A stretch of 64,000 nt of DNA from Octopus vulgaris. Lineage: Eukaryota. Every line of letters begins with the position of its first letter. Within the stretch, counting starts at the first letter, position 1. A program made the position numbers and the translations under genes. Under the pieces are notes generated by a model. That model ran no database searches. It was not told the DNA's origin and was given only the letters and a program-made list of their open reading frames with translations. This document shows, in pieces, positions 1 to 13,017 of this stretch. The stretch spans positions 39,184,001 through 39,248,000 of the forward strand of contig OX597823.1 of assembly GCA_951406725.2 (NCBI GenBank), read 5' to 3'.

Positions 1-59
1 AAGAAGATTCTTGCTCAAGGTGCTACACAATGGGACTGAATTTAAAAGTATGTGGTCGG

Positions 60-890
<831 letters not shown>

Positions 891-1152
891 AATTAAAAGT
901 GAAATTACTTCTAACATAGAATGTAAATTTAACCATTTTGTGACATTATTCCTAACAAGAATATTCTGTTTGTCTATGTTAAACTTTAAAATAATCGAGA
1001 ATTATGAGAATTTAGGGAATCAATTAAGTTATTACTAGAAGACAAATATTTACTTAATGAAATCTAGTGTCTTTGATGTAAGAATAAAATTTTAGTTTCA
1101 ATGAATAATCTGAAAATTCTAACAGTCTTGAAGCATTAAAAATATGGCTTAC

Positions 1153-1321
1153 AATTTTGCCACTCATTTGTTTCATTTTATTCTTGTAAGTTGGATGGAA
1201 ACCATCAGGACATTCAGAACTTTCCTTTGAAAAACATAAAACTCTGCCGTCACTCTGCTGGAGTCCAATTTTGCAGCTATTACAACCACCAATTTTTAGT
1301 TCATAACTTGAGCCAGAACAT
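1153..1321 (-). CDS. EGFR: EGFR exon (extended cysteine-rich domain IV/V), 169 bp, phase 2-0; gene continues beyond the left edge
   Basis: aag|A TGT TCT; ATT|gtaagc. GCSGSSYELKIGGCNSCKIGLQQSDGRVLCFSKESSECPDGFHPTYKNKMKQMSGKI, in frame with the previous exon. Confidence 0.88.
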
Positions 1322-2459
1322 CTTGAAAAGAAGAGAGAAAATAATTATATTTAAATATTTGATAATTACAAGAAGTATTACTAAATATTGGTTTCAAATT
1401 CTGGCAAAAGGCCAACGATTTCAGGGGAGGGGATAAGCTGATTACATAAACCTCAGTGCTCAACTGGTACTTATTTTATTGACCCTAAAAGGATGAAAGG
1501 CAAATCTGACCCTGGAGGAATTTGAACTTAGAATGTACAGACAGATTAAAAGCTGCAAAGCAGTTTACCCGTGAGCTAACAATTCTGCTGAGTTGACACT
1601 TGAGAAGTATTACTAAATAAATTAGACATTTTTTCAGTGTGAGTGTTGCATAATATATCACTGATTCTGCTGACAGCTTATCATCTTTGTCATCATCACT
1701 CAACACCACTTAGCTTTCCCATGCTTGTATGCCAACAGATAGAATTTACCAAGGCAGATATTCTATGGTGGGATATCCTTCCTGTTGCTACCCCTCACTT
1801 GTTTCCAAGTAAGGTAATATTTCCCCATGACCAAACTTGGTATCATGGCAGATTAAAAATGAATAACATTGCTTGTATGATGGTGACACTGGTTTACAAC
1901 TGTCATGCAATGTCAAGATGAAGAGGCTGCATACACACACACGCACACGAAAGGCTTCTTGCAGTTTTTGTCTACCACATCCATTCAGAGGGCTTCAGTT
2001 GGCTTAGGGTTTTATTAGAAGACACATGCCCAAGTAGCACACAACAGGGCTGAATATAAAAACCATTTGGTTGGGAGGCAAACATATTAACCACACAACC
2101 AGGCCTGTTCCTACACAATGTATATGTATTTTATATGAGTAGATGTAAGTGTGTGTATAATTGGTTTCAAATTTTGGATCAAGGTGAAAAGTGTCAGGGA
2201 AGTGGGTAAGCTGATTACGTTGACCTCAGTGCTCAACTGATACTTATTTTATTGACCCTGAAAAGATGAAAGGCAAAGTCAACTTTGGCAGAAGTTGAAC
2301 TCAGAACATAAAGACAGACAAAATGCTGCAAAGTACTTTGCCCTATATTCTAATGATTCTGCCAGCTTTCCACTTTAAGTGCATGTATGATTATCTAATA
2401 ATTCTTTATGAAAATTGCTGAATGATTATATATTTTTTTTAATGAGGAAGCAGACATAC

Positions 2460-2587
2460 CCATCATCACAGTTGATATGACACACTTGACAAATCTTTTT
2501 TTGGTTTGGAAACATGTTTGGTGGACAATGACTCATACAGTTAGGACCATGTTGTACTTTTAAACAGCTGTCACATTCATGTTCTCC
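2460..2587 (-). CDS. EGFR: EGFR exon (domain IV), 128 bp, phase 0-2
   Basis: cag|GGA GAA; GG|gtatgt. GEHECDSCLKVQHGPNCMSHCPPNMFPNQKKICQVCHINCDDG. Confidence 0.94.
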
Positions 2588-3709
2588 CTGAAATAAAAAA
2601 AAAATAACTAAAGCATTAGATAATAATATTGCTGTGTTGAAGTAAGTAGATTATAATGAAAAATAGCATTAATAACAATAATATTTGAAAGTATGTGGCC
2701 TAGTGAGTTAGGTGGTTACACACATGATCAATGAGTCAGAAGTTCAATTCTTGGACTAAGTGATGCATTGTGTCCTTGAGCAAGGCATTTTGTTTCACAT
2801 TGTTTCAATATACCAAGATAACGATGAATACCAGTGGCATCTGGGGTTTAATCCTGTGATGAACTTATGTTGCATTCGCTGGTGGGAAACATCATCAACT
2901 TTCAGCCTTGAGAGTTCAAATATACACTGGCCTCATACATCTGAAAATTTCGGGCATATAAAATTAATAAATAAATATGTTGGCTTTGGTATGGTTTCCA
3001 CAGAATCACAACCACCAGTATCTGCATCTGTTGCCAATATCAAAGATCAAAGGATGGAGGTAAACATTAGTCAATTAAAGACAAAAGAAGTGTGAAACTG
3101 AATGTCAAAAAACAAAATCCCAGTATTTGGAGCAAGTGCAAGGACTCTAGTTGCGTTCCACTTCTGTTTATGGTGGTATGAGTAGAAAAGTTCTCATGAA
3201 GCAGCTAATGAAAAGTAAAATTATACTCATAGATTTTATCTAAGAAAGGGCAAAGAATAAAGAGATGTGTAGAATCTGTTTTGCAAACAAAAATGCTTGT
3301 ATATACTCCCCCACCCAAGAGCAGTTATTGAGAGCTGTAGCTGGTGTATGGCAGGGGGTATTCTCCTCTAACCATAGATATGAAAGCATGAGCCGGTTAT
3401 AAAGTGAAAAGAGAGGCAGAGTCAGTAGATTACACAACTGCTTACTTGTTGGTACCACAGTACTCAGGTAAGAAAAACACAAAGGTCACTCTCAAAGATG
3501 TTAGTGTTGAAGTGAAATCCTCAGCTCATTGTGAACTTCGCAAGGGATGAGTGCAGAGGTGGTGCACATCATGTGATCACAAGGTGCCTGAATGGATTTA
3601 TAGGAACTGATGGCCTGAAGACCACAAGGTTGTCTTACAGTTATACTCTGTTGTGGGAGAAGAGGTCAGTCTGATTCATGTTGCAAGGCAGAAGACCCTG
3701 GTGCTACAT

Positions 3710-4165
3710 TATCATCATCATCATCATCATCCACATCATTGTTTAATGTTCACCTTCCATGCTAGCATGGGTTGGATGATTTGACTGAGGACTGGCGAAC
3801 CGGATGGCTGCACCAGGCTCCAATCTTGATCTGGCAGAGTTTCTACAGCTGGATGCCCTTCCTAACGCCAACCACTCTGAGAGTGTAGTGGGTGCTTTTA
3901 CGTGCCACCGGCACGAGGGCCAGTCCGGCAGTACTAGCAACGGCCACACTTAAATGGTGTTTTTTTATGTGCCACCTGCACAAGAGCTAGTCCAGTGGCA
4001 CTGGCAACAACCTCACTCAAATATCTTTTTCATGTGCCAGTAAGGTGACGCTGGTAACGATCACGCTTGAATAGTGCTTTTTACGTGCCACCAACACGGA
4101 AGCCAGTTAGCCGCTCTGGATAGTGCTCTTAGCACTCCACTAGCACGGATGCCAGTCATCGAATA
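3710..4165 (-). mobile_element. RTE LINE 3' end, or SINE sharing the RTE tail
   Basis: Reverse complement of the 59380-59589 tail (GTTGGCGTTAGGAAGGGCATCCAGC...CATGCTAGCATGG...(GAT)n). Confidence 0.8.
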
Positions 4166-4461
4166 TGCTACATATATTACAATAAAAGCCACATGAAAGC
4201 CTACTGACAGAAAGGAAGTTGGGGGAAAGGGTGGTAGCAACAGACATCTACCAGCAGTTTTCTGAGGTGCAAGTTAAAGGAAGTTCAATCTTTGCAGTAA
4301 TTACTGCTTCAATAGCATCACCAGTTGTAGCACTGAGGGTAGCTGGAACAGCAACTGTGACATGTGGACATGAAATAGCCACTGTTGGAGAAAAGAGAGA
4401 AGGAGGAACCCATATGTCTTGACCTTGAAGGCCCTTTTGACTTTTGTTTTTAGTTTTGATT

Positions 4462-4499
<38 letters not shown>

Positions 4500-4504
<5 letters not shown>

Positions 4505-6003
4505 GAAATATGTTGCAAAAAGAAAATAGAAACTAAACGTGGAAATGTAAGGGGAAAGTAAGAAAAATCAACGAAAATACACATTGTAAATAAAAACGAA
4601 AAGGCTTTTTATGAAAGGTAACAACAGATACATACAATTAGATGAACTGAGGTAGGAATAAGAGTCATAAAAGTCATTATCATGAGATTATTAAAGAGAT
4701 TCAAGCATACCGCGGTTTCGTAACATACTATTCATTGCTTTGAATGAACACCGGGTAATGAACAGTGTCAGGTCTAATAGTTCCTGAGTAAAAAGATTAT
4801 TTGTAAGGGAGGTAAGTAGTTCTGGATTTTTTGCAGTTAGATTAGATATAGAATTGTAATGTGAATAGTGTAAGGGATGTATGGGGGGGGGGTTAGTGGT
4901 ATTAATTGAAGGGTTAGTAGTGTTCTGTATTATGTTATGTGTTCATATTTAGTTGGGGAAGATATTTATTGATGAAAGTTGCCTCTTTATTCATTCTTTG
5001 TTGCATTGAGGTGTTCTGTGAACATTTATAGAAGGGGAAAATTTGGAAATTAGGATTAAGATTCCTAGCACACCTTTCTATGTGTTCACTAACCTGTAAC
5101 TGTCTGTATTGTGGGTGGCGGATTTGTTCTTTGTGGATAGTGGTTCTTCGACAGAGTGATATTCCTGTTTGTCCAATATAGTTGTTACCACATCCTAAGC
5201 ATGTCATGGCATAGAATAGATTTTCCCAGACACAGGTGAAATTTGAGTTGATCTTAAATATTTCACCTTGTATGAAGTGGAATTCTGAACCCTCCAAAAG
5301 GTGGGGGCATGTTCCACAGTTAGGACGACCACATTTTTTCCCTTTTGACTCTGTTGTTAGTGGATATAGTCTTGCGCTGGTTAATATTTTTTTCAGTGAC
5401 TTCGGTTGCATTTTGCTTTTTATAATTTTGCATGAGCTTAAAATTTCGTTCATTGTTTTGTTTCCTGTGAGGATGGGAAGATTTTGGGTGATAATGTTGA
5501 AGGCTTCATTGTTTCTAGGGTTATGTGTGGAAATGTACGGGAGTATTTGTAAGTCTGGTTTAGTATTTCGGCTGGCTTCCCTTAATATTTGTACATCTAT
5601 TTCCTTAGCTCGTTTAATGCCATCATTTATTAATGAGATTGGGTAATGTCTTTTAATTAGTGTTGATCGAAGTTCGAGTGTTTGTTCACGAGTATATGTA
5701 TCTGAAACTATGGTACAGATTCTTTTCGCTAGATTAAAAGGTATATTAATTTTTATGTGTTTGGGGTGGCAAGAGTTAAATAATAGGTATTGTTTAGAAT
5801 CTGTGGGTTTATAAAAGATGTCTGCTTCTATGTGGTTGTTAACTTTTTTAATTAGGATGTCAAGAAAAGGGAGTTGTTTACTGTTGTGTTCCATGGTGAA
5901 TTGTATGTTGCTATTAATGTGGTTAAGCATTATTTTGAAATCGAGGAGTTTGTCCATGCTGTCTTTCCAAAGTATGAAGCAATCATGCAAATACCTCTTC
6001 CAG
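4500..6003 (-). mobile_element. 5'-truncated Penelope-like retroelement (RT C-terminal part + GIY-YIG endonuclease) with 3' pLTR
   Basis: ORF 4935-6003: WKRYLHDCF (degenerate RYIDD), LPFLDILI, FYKPTD, CGRPNCGTC linker, FYAMTCLGCGNNYIGQTG...RRTTIH...VSEH...E..FI (GIY-YIG). Flanked on both sides by (TA)n. Confidence 0.92.
4700..4744 (-). ncRNA. Minimal type I hammerhead ribozyme motif, A3/U8 core variant
   Basis: Minus strand reads TTCAAAGCA ATGAATA GTA-TGT-TAC GAAA CCGCGG TA TGCTTGAA: stem I, core, 3-bp stem II, GAAA, palindromic stem III and a GUA site. It lies in the Penelope 3' pLTR. Confidence 0.78.
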
Positions 6004-6103
6004 TTATATATATATATATATATATATATACCCCCAACACACACATATGCATGCCCCACCACACACACTTGAACACCATATCAACAAACAGAAATATACT
6101 TAC

Positions 6104-6303
6104 AGGTCCAGTGCAATTGTTGGCACATTGTGGGTGACATTTCTTGCAGATTTTACTGCCAGCATCATAATGTAATGGCACACTGGAACAAGAAGCAATA
6201 CAAGGAGTTGCTTTATGAATATGGTAATTGGCACATTCTAAGCATCGTTCGGGACCAGCACCCCAACATCCATTCTTGCACTGAGGATCACATGTCTTGT
6301 TTT
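6104..6303 (-). CDS. EGFR: EGFR exon (domain IV), 200 bp, phase 1-0
   Basis: cag|AA AAC AAG; CCT|gtaagt. ENKTCDPQCKNGCWGAGPERCLECANYHIHKATPCIASCSSVPLHYDAGSKICKKCHPQCANNCTGP. Confidence 0.95.
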
Positions 6304-6634
6304 CTGAAGAATAAAATTAAAGGGTTTATTTTTTTTTAAATAGAATTTTCTCTTTAAGTTATTTACTGAAAAAATAAAACAAGACAATGAGAAAAAAACC
6401 TACAGCAACAATAATAACACCGATAACAACAATAAGAAAGTAAACAACAACACAAATAACAACAAAAATTTAAATAACTAGGTCTTTGTCTAGCGCTATG
6501 CTGCTGGTAAAAATATTTGTTAATCAAGCATGTACCTTCCTTTAATAGTAGGCTGTTATATAGTGAAAGTCTTGTTAGTTACTATGGTGACAACAGCCTG
6601 CCTGCCTGCATGTCTGTCTGTCTATCGCATGCAT

Positions 6635-6669
<35 letters not shown>

Positions 6670-7319
6670 CTCTCTCTCTTTCTCTCACTATATTTTTCTG
6701 TCAACAGTAACAACCTGTTATTATAGTGAGAGTCTTTTTTTAAAATCTGTGTTGCATTGTTTCTATATTGAACAACATACAGAAACACACACACACACAC
6801 ACAAACAAATAACCAAAATATAACTATCTATATTATTATATTGTGAAAGTCTTTTATCATTTTTGAAGCCTGTGTTGCATTATGTTGACAGACTTGCACA
6901 TAAAATTCTTGCATTTTTTACCAAAACATGTTAGTTACAATCAATGGTGACAACATTACCTGTCTGTATTTCACACAGTCTTTCTATCTCACTGCATTCC
7001 TCTCTTAACAACTTTTTTCTCTTCTCCTTCTTCCCTCCCTTCACATATAGCATGTGGCTGACAGATAGATGGAGATTAGCTTCTTTTTTATAATACAAGA
7101 TTGCAACAATAATAAGAAGCATACTACACAGTGAGGCAGAAAAACCTCCCATATTTTATGAAGCAATCAATGTAAAATTTGGAAGGTTTTTAAGCCACAC
7201 CTTGTAATCACAGTGAATCAATGAGAGAATGTATAATAAGTTGGTTGATTTTCTCTGCAACTTTACAACACGCATTGAGCATGTCTCTAATTCATTCAAC
7301 ATATTACAACATTTATATA

Positions 7320-7911
7320 CTATATATATGAGCAAAACGCTCCCCTTGTCCAATGAACGTTGCTGAGTTGTCAAACATTTAAACCAAGTTTTCTCAAAAC
7401 AACTTGTCCAACCGTCCCATAGGCTTCCCGTTTGAGAAACACGGATTTAACCTAAATTTGAGACACCAGCAAAAGAAGAAATAAAGATAGAAAGTTAAGG
7501 CAAAAAAGAAAACTTCTTGAGAAACCAAATAGTCTTTCCTTCCTTCATGCCAAGTTTGAAGAAAATATCTCTTTTGCATCTTACTTTTTTGGTCTCTTAA
7601 ATATACTGCATTTTGTGGCAATATTTCAAACTAGCCGGCTTTTTTTGCGCAAACTGCATGTGCATTTTTCTCACGTACATGTAGTATCGATTGCAACAGC
7701 TGATGTACTTGCATGTACAAATGCATGTTCCCACAGCTTTATTGATCGCATTCTCACCTGGAGTTGATTTTTGTAATTTTTTCAAGACTTATACATGCCC
7801 TGATACCGTTGGTATCTACATATCAAATTTGAGCGCAATTGGATGGAGGATGCCTAGATCCTAGAAGACACACACACAGACAGACAGACAGAACGGATTT
7901 TATATAATAGA
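7320..7911 (-). mobile_element. Possible non-autonomous Helitron/Helentron-like element
   Basis: Minus strand starts TCTATTATATAAAATCCGTTC(TGTC)n. Near the other end is a GAGC-GTTTT-GCTC hairpin followed by ...TATAG|T. Confidence 0.4.
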
Positions 7912-10900
7912 CACACATGCGCACACACACACACACACACATATATACACATATGAGGTGGTAATGCAGATGAACACAATTAGGTTTGACTAAGCTCCAT
8001 ATAAATATATATGTATGTTTTTGTTGGAATATATCTGGACAGATAGATAGATGGATGGATTGATGGATGTAAAGCCTAATTGTGTTTAAGTGCAATATTA
8101 CCTCCACATCAGCTTGTTATGGTTTTCTCTTATAACTGCTCTTGATGCCATGGGCCAGTTCTGGATGAAAAATTTGGTACTGCTTTGAAGGGCTTAGTCG
8201 AATAGTTTCACTCTAGTACTTACTTTTTAAGTCTGGTACTTATTCTATTAGACTCTTTGCTTAACTGCTATGTTATAGAGGTATAAATAAACCAACACTG
8301 GTTGTCAAGTAGTAGGGGATAAATTTAAACATGTACACACACAACAGGCTTCCATACAGTTTCTGTAAACCAAATTTACTCATAAGGTATTGGTTGGCCC
8401 AAGGCTACAGTAAAAGACACTCGCCATGCAATAGGACTGAACCCGAAACTATGTGATTGCTTAGTGAGCTTCTTAACTATACAGCCATATATGTGTGTGT
8501 GTGTGTGTGTCTATGCATGAATAATATATATATATAAAAGTATTGTGTGCATTCTGCCAGTCTGTTTTCATTCTAGTATACATCACAACATAATACAAAA
8601 AACAAAACAAAAACAAAACAACAAAAAAATGAAGAAAACCCCTGCTAGATAATATTTTCAAGATAATCTAATAGAACGGGAGATAAAATAATATATTTCT
8701 AGAGCAGAATGGAGTTTCTTTGTCATTTGTATTAGCTGTGTGTTAGTAAATAGATTGAAATGCAATCTTGGCTTGACAGAGCATAAAAGTTAAATACATC
8801 AGATGAAATAGATAAGGCAGATAACATGAAGATAAGCAATAAAAGAAAGGAATCGAATATTAAGTTTTAAGATTACAAAATCTAGAACCTTCTTTCATTG
8901 TATTTTCTCCGTGTCATACCAACTTTATATCTTGACTTCACTGTGTCAGCTGGTAATGGCTTGTGTATGTTTGTGTGTGTATAGTTTTTTTATAATGTTT
9001 CTGGGTTTTTTTGTGGCTATTTATGTGAATGTTTTTGTCTGCATGTATACATAAACCATAACAAGTTACACTTTCTAACTTTTTTTATGATTTATATACT
9101 CCTTATGAAATAGTTTCATCGACTGGAGCTCCTGGATTTTAACTGCCTGGACACTCTGCATTATACTCTTCCTCATTGGATTACTAAATGGTCTGCTAGC
9201 TGGGTCAGCAAGAGGTGCTTTCCATGATGGCTTCATGATACTATGAATCCATATATTACACTACAAATACACATGCACACACATTTGCAGGCATGGCTGT
9301 GTGGTTAAGACGTTTACCTCCCAACCATGTGGTTACAAGTTCATTCCCACTGCACAACATCTTGTTAGGCAGTCCAATGACAGAAACAAATGAAAAGATA
9401 AAGGTAATTAATTTAGCCATTTAAATCACTAATTTAGTGCAAAGTACATTGTCACCTTCTTTTACCTGTAAATGTAAATATTTTATTGAAAAATCAAGTT
9501 TTAATTTAATTTTATTTCCAAAGGCACAGGCTTAGCTGTGTAATTAAGAGACTCACGTTGCAACCATGTGGTTTCAGGTTCAATCTTGTTGCATGGCACC
9601 TTGGGCAAAGGCTGGCGACTTGGGCTGACCATGACTTGTGAATGAATTAGGTTGATAGAAACTATGTTGAAGCCCATCATGTGTGTCCCCCCCCCCCATC
9701 CTACTGCAAAGTATTACTTTGTTTATGTTCCTATAACGTAGCAGTTTGGCAAATGAGACTGGTGGAATAAGTATCAGACTTCAAAAAAAAAAAGTTGATT
9801 TGTTTGACAAAAACTCTTCAACCACGTTGATGCCTCAGCATGGCCACAGTCCAATGACTGAAACAAGTGAAAGACAAAAGATATTCTCTTTCATCCTTCC
9901 ATATATTCACTGAACACTTATACCCTCTCCCTCTTCTCCATATATCATACTTTCATCCTCTTTCCCTCTCTCTACTCTCATCTGAGCTTCTTCAAAACTA
10001 TAACCCCCCACCTCCCACAATGTTTGACAAACAGTCACAGTTGTTATTAGACTATCAAATGAGAGTTACTGTAGTAGATTTTTTTAGGTTCATTTGTTTT
10101 TTTTTCTATTCAAAGTTAAAATAATGCTTATAGTTGCATAATCTACAACCCACCCCAATCCATCTCGAATTTCTTGTTACCCTCTCCCACATTATACTCC
10201 CCATACTTCACTAAGTCTGATACACTCATATATATGTATCTATACGTATTTCTATTGTATATCAGGTCACTGTTATCAGATGAAATGATATCTGGGGCAT
10301 GTGTGTTTGGTTGTGTTTGCTGGAATAACTGAATCTACTAAAATCAATTCATCAAAGCCACTCCTCTTGTTTTTGGTATTTAACTCTAGATCAGCCCAGT
10401 CCCCAAGTAACAATACAGCACAAGATCAAAGACATTCCAACTGTGCCTATCACTCATTTTCCATTTTAGATTGCACATTTTAGATTGTCTACAATCACAC
10501 CTTGCATGTCTTTTCATTATTTTCAGTACAGTAGAGGAGTGTAAAGGATTTTATTGTCATTTCATTGCTGCCTATGATATTTCTCTTTAGCAAAAGTTAA
10601 ACTGTTTTATTTTCTATTTAAATGAATCTTCCACTATAGTTACACTGAAATTACAAGTAGTTAAAGTACATGGTTCTTTACAACATTATCATAGGAATAT
10701 AAAGTTATTTTACTAGTCACATTCATAACCTCTGTCTCAATATTTAATATTTTGGCAAAAAATATGAGAAAATGATTAGTCTCTTTACAAATGACCTTCC
10801 CAGAAATAGTTGCTACATATTTTAAAGCATATAAAATTAAGTCAAGTGAATCACAAGAATTGATAGACTTCCAATGCTCTATATTTTCTTGAATTAGGTT

Positions 10901-10929
10901 ATAAATAAGTTTAATAATTAAATCAAAAA

Positions 10930-11180
10930 GAGTAATCATATGACATAGTGGTTAAGAGCGCAGGCTACCAACCCCAAGATTCCGAGTTCGATTTCAGGCA
11001 GTGACCTGAATAATGACAACAATAATGATAATAATAATAACACTGAAAAATGCCTTAGAAATGAGAACCCAGGTTTGAAATTTTCCCAGGACACATGAAG
11101 AAGACTGGAGAATATATCAGCTGAAATGTTGTGTCAACAACAAACAAGATGAGGACAAATATCCACCAAATGTAAATAAT
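10930..11180 (+). mobile_element. tRNA-derived SINE-like element carrying a degenerate hammerhead motif
   Basis: A-box-like TGACATAGTGG (10941) and B-box GAGTTCGATTT (10984), then an (AAT)n spacer, then GACAC ATGAAGA A GACTG..CAGCT GAAA TG TT GTGTC (11090-11135). Confidence 0.6.
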
Positions 11181-11518
11181 TCATTATTGTTTTAATTGTT
11201 TTATGCCTGTTTAAGGTGGTGAGCTGGTGGAATCATTAGCACACCAAGGAAAAATGCTGAATGGCATTTCGGTCATCCTTATGTTCTGAGTTTAAATTCT
11301 GCTGAGGTTGACTTTGTCTTTCATTCTTTCAGGGTCGATAAATGAAGTACCAGTGAAACACTGGGGTTGAAATAATTGACTAGTCACCCCCACCATCAAA
11401 ATTTCAGCCCTTGGATCTTTAGTACAAAGAATTGTTTTATGTCTGCTTTCCATGTTAACATGGGTAGGATGGTTTAGCAGGATTCAACAGGTTGATGGAG
11501 CATGTCTTCCTTTCATAT

Positions 11519-11930
11519 CTATCAGGTTGAGTAGAAAGTAAGCAACATTTTGAACCATGAAGAATTTGTATCAGATTTTTGCAGAGTTTTGAATTTTATC
11601 TAAACATTTTTTTGGATTTGTCTGATAATACATACATAAGAATTGCTGAAATGCATCAATAAATTTACTTTGCTATTTTTTCACTGTTGTCACAGTCATC
11701 TGAAATGGAACTGTCAAAGTGCGATATTCAAGCAATTTTGATATTCAACTTCAAAAAGTATGTAAAACAGCTGAAACTGCTCATGATATCAACAAAACGT
11801 TTGATGAGAAAATGACCAGTGAGTGGTCAGCTCAAAAATGATTCAAACAACTTCGAGTGGAGACCTGAGCCTTGAAGATTGTGAGCATAGTAGATGCCCA
11901 TCTGTGGTCACTTAAAGACTGTCATTGAGA
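11519..11930 (+). pseudogene. Mariner transposase N-terminal relic with a probable left TIR
   Basis: From about 11705: MELSKCDIQAILIFNFKK/CKTAETAHDINKTFDEKMTSEWSAQK*FKQLR/GDLSLEDCEHSRCP, matching the mariner HTH pattern (AAETARNIN..WF..FR.GD.SLED..RSGRP). It has a stop and frameshifts. TA-TCAGGTTG.. at about 11520. Confidence 0.75.
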
Positions 11931-12595
11931 GTGCAAGTGGCTGAGCACTCCACAGATGCATGTACCCTTAACGTAGTTCTCAGGGAGATTACACATGACA
12001 CAGAATGTGACAAGACTGGCTCTTTTGAATTACAGAAGTAAAACATTTTTTTCTAGCTGAGGGAAACACACTGCTAGGAATTGAACTCGTGACCTTATGA
12101 TTGTAAGCCAAATACCATAACCACTAAGCCACAAGCCTTCATAAAGTATGATAGAGGAATAGGAACAGGTGTCTGGCAGTAGAGCTGGAAGACATAAAAG
12201 AAGGTGGTGAAGACATGTCAGTGTGTACCCTCATGTTACTGAAATAAAAGGGAATTGTTACAGGAGGGTAAGTAAGATTGTGGGAATGTGAGAGGCAAGT
12301 GGCAGATGGATAGAGGGAAATTCATTATTACTATATCTACACCCCACCCAAAATAATTTTAATCTAGGTGCATTGATAATGATATCTGATGGTAGTTAGG
12401 TGGTAGTATTTGTCATTGACTTGGAAGACACAGAACAATTTCTGTCAGAACTTTTCCTAAGAATTCTACCAACACTATTTTCACTTTATCAGAAGTGTTT
12501 TCAAAGTTTCACAAACAAACAATCCCAGATTCCTAAATCCTTCCTTTGTTTGGATGATTTGAAAAATAATAGAAAAAAAATTTGATAGAGACATC

Positions 12596-12629
<34 letters not shown>

Positions 12630-12903
12630 TAATAATAATGGTTTCAGATTTTGTTACAAGGGCAGCCATTTTGGGGGAGGGGATGAGTTGATTACATCGA
12701 CCCCAGTGTTTCAATTGTACTTAATTTATCGACCCTGAAAGGATGAAAGGCAAAGTCGGCCTTGGCAGAATTTGAACCCAGAATGTAGTGATGGGTGAAA
12801 TACTGCTAAGCATTTTTCATCCAGCATGCTAATGATTCTGCGAGCTTGCAATAGTAGTAGTGGTGGTAGTAGTAGTAGTTGTTGTTGTTGTAGTAGTAGT
12901 AAT

Positions 12904-13017
12904 AAGAAATTTACAATGTTTTTACAAAAAAATAATAATACATATATACAAAAATTAATATATTAATTTTTGCATATATGTATTATTATTTTTTTGAAAA
13001 AACATTGTAAATTTCTT
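12904..13017. repeat. Near-perfect 114-bp palindrome with no loop
   Basis: 57-bp arms AAGAAATTTACAATG...AATA|TATT...CATTGTAAATTTCTT with 2 mismatches. Confidence 0.92.
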
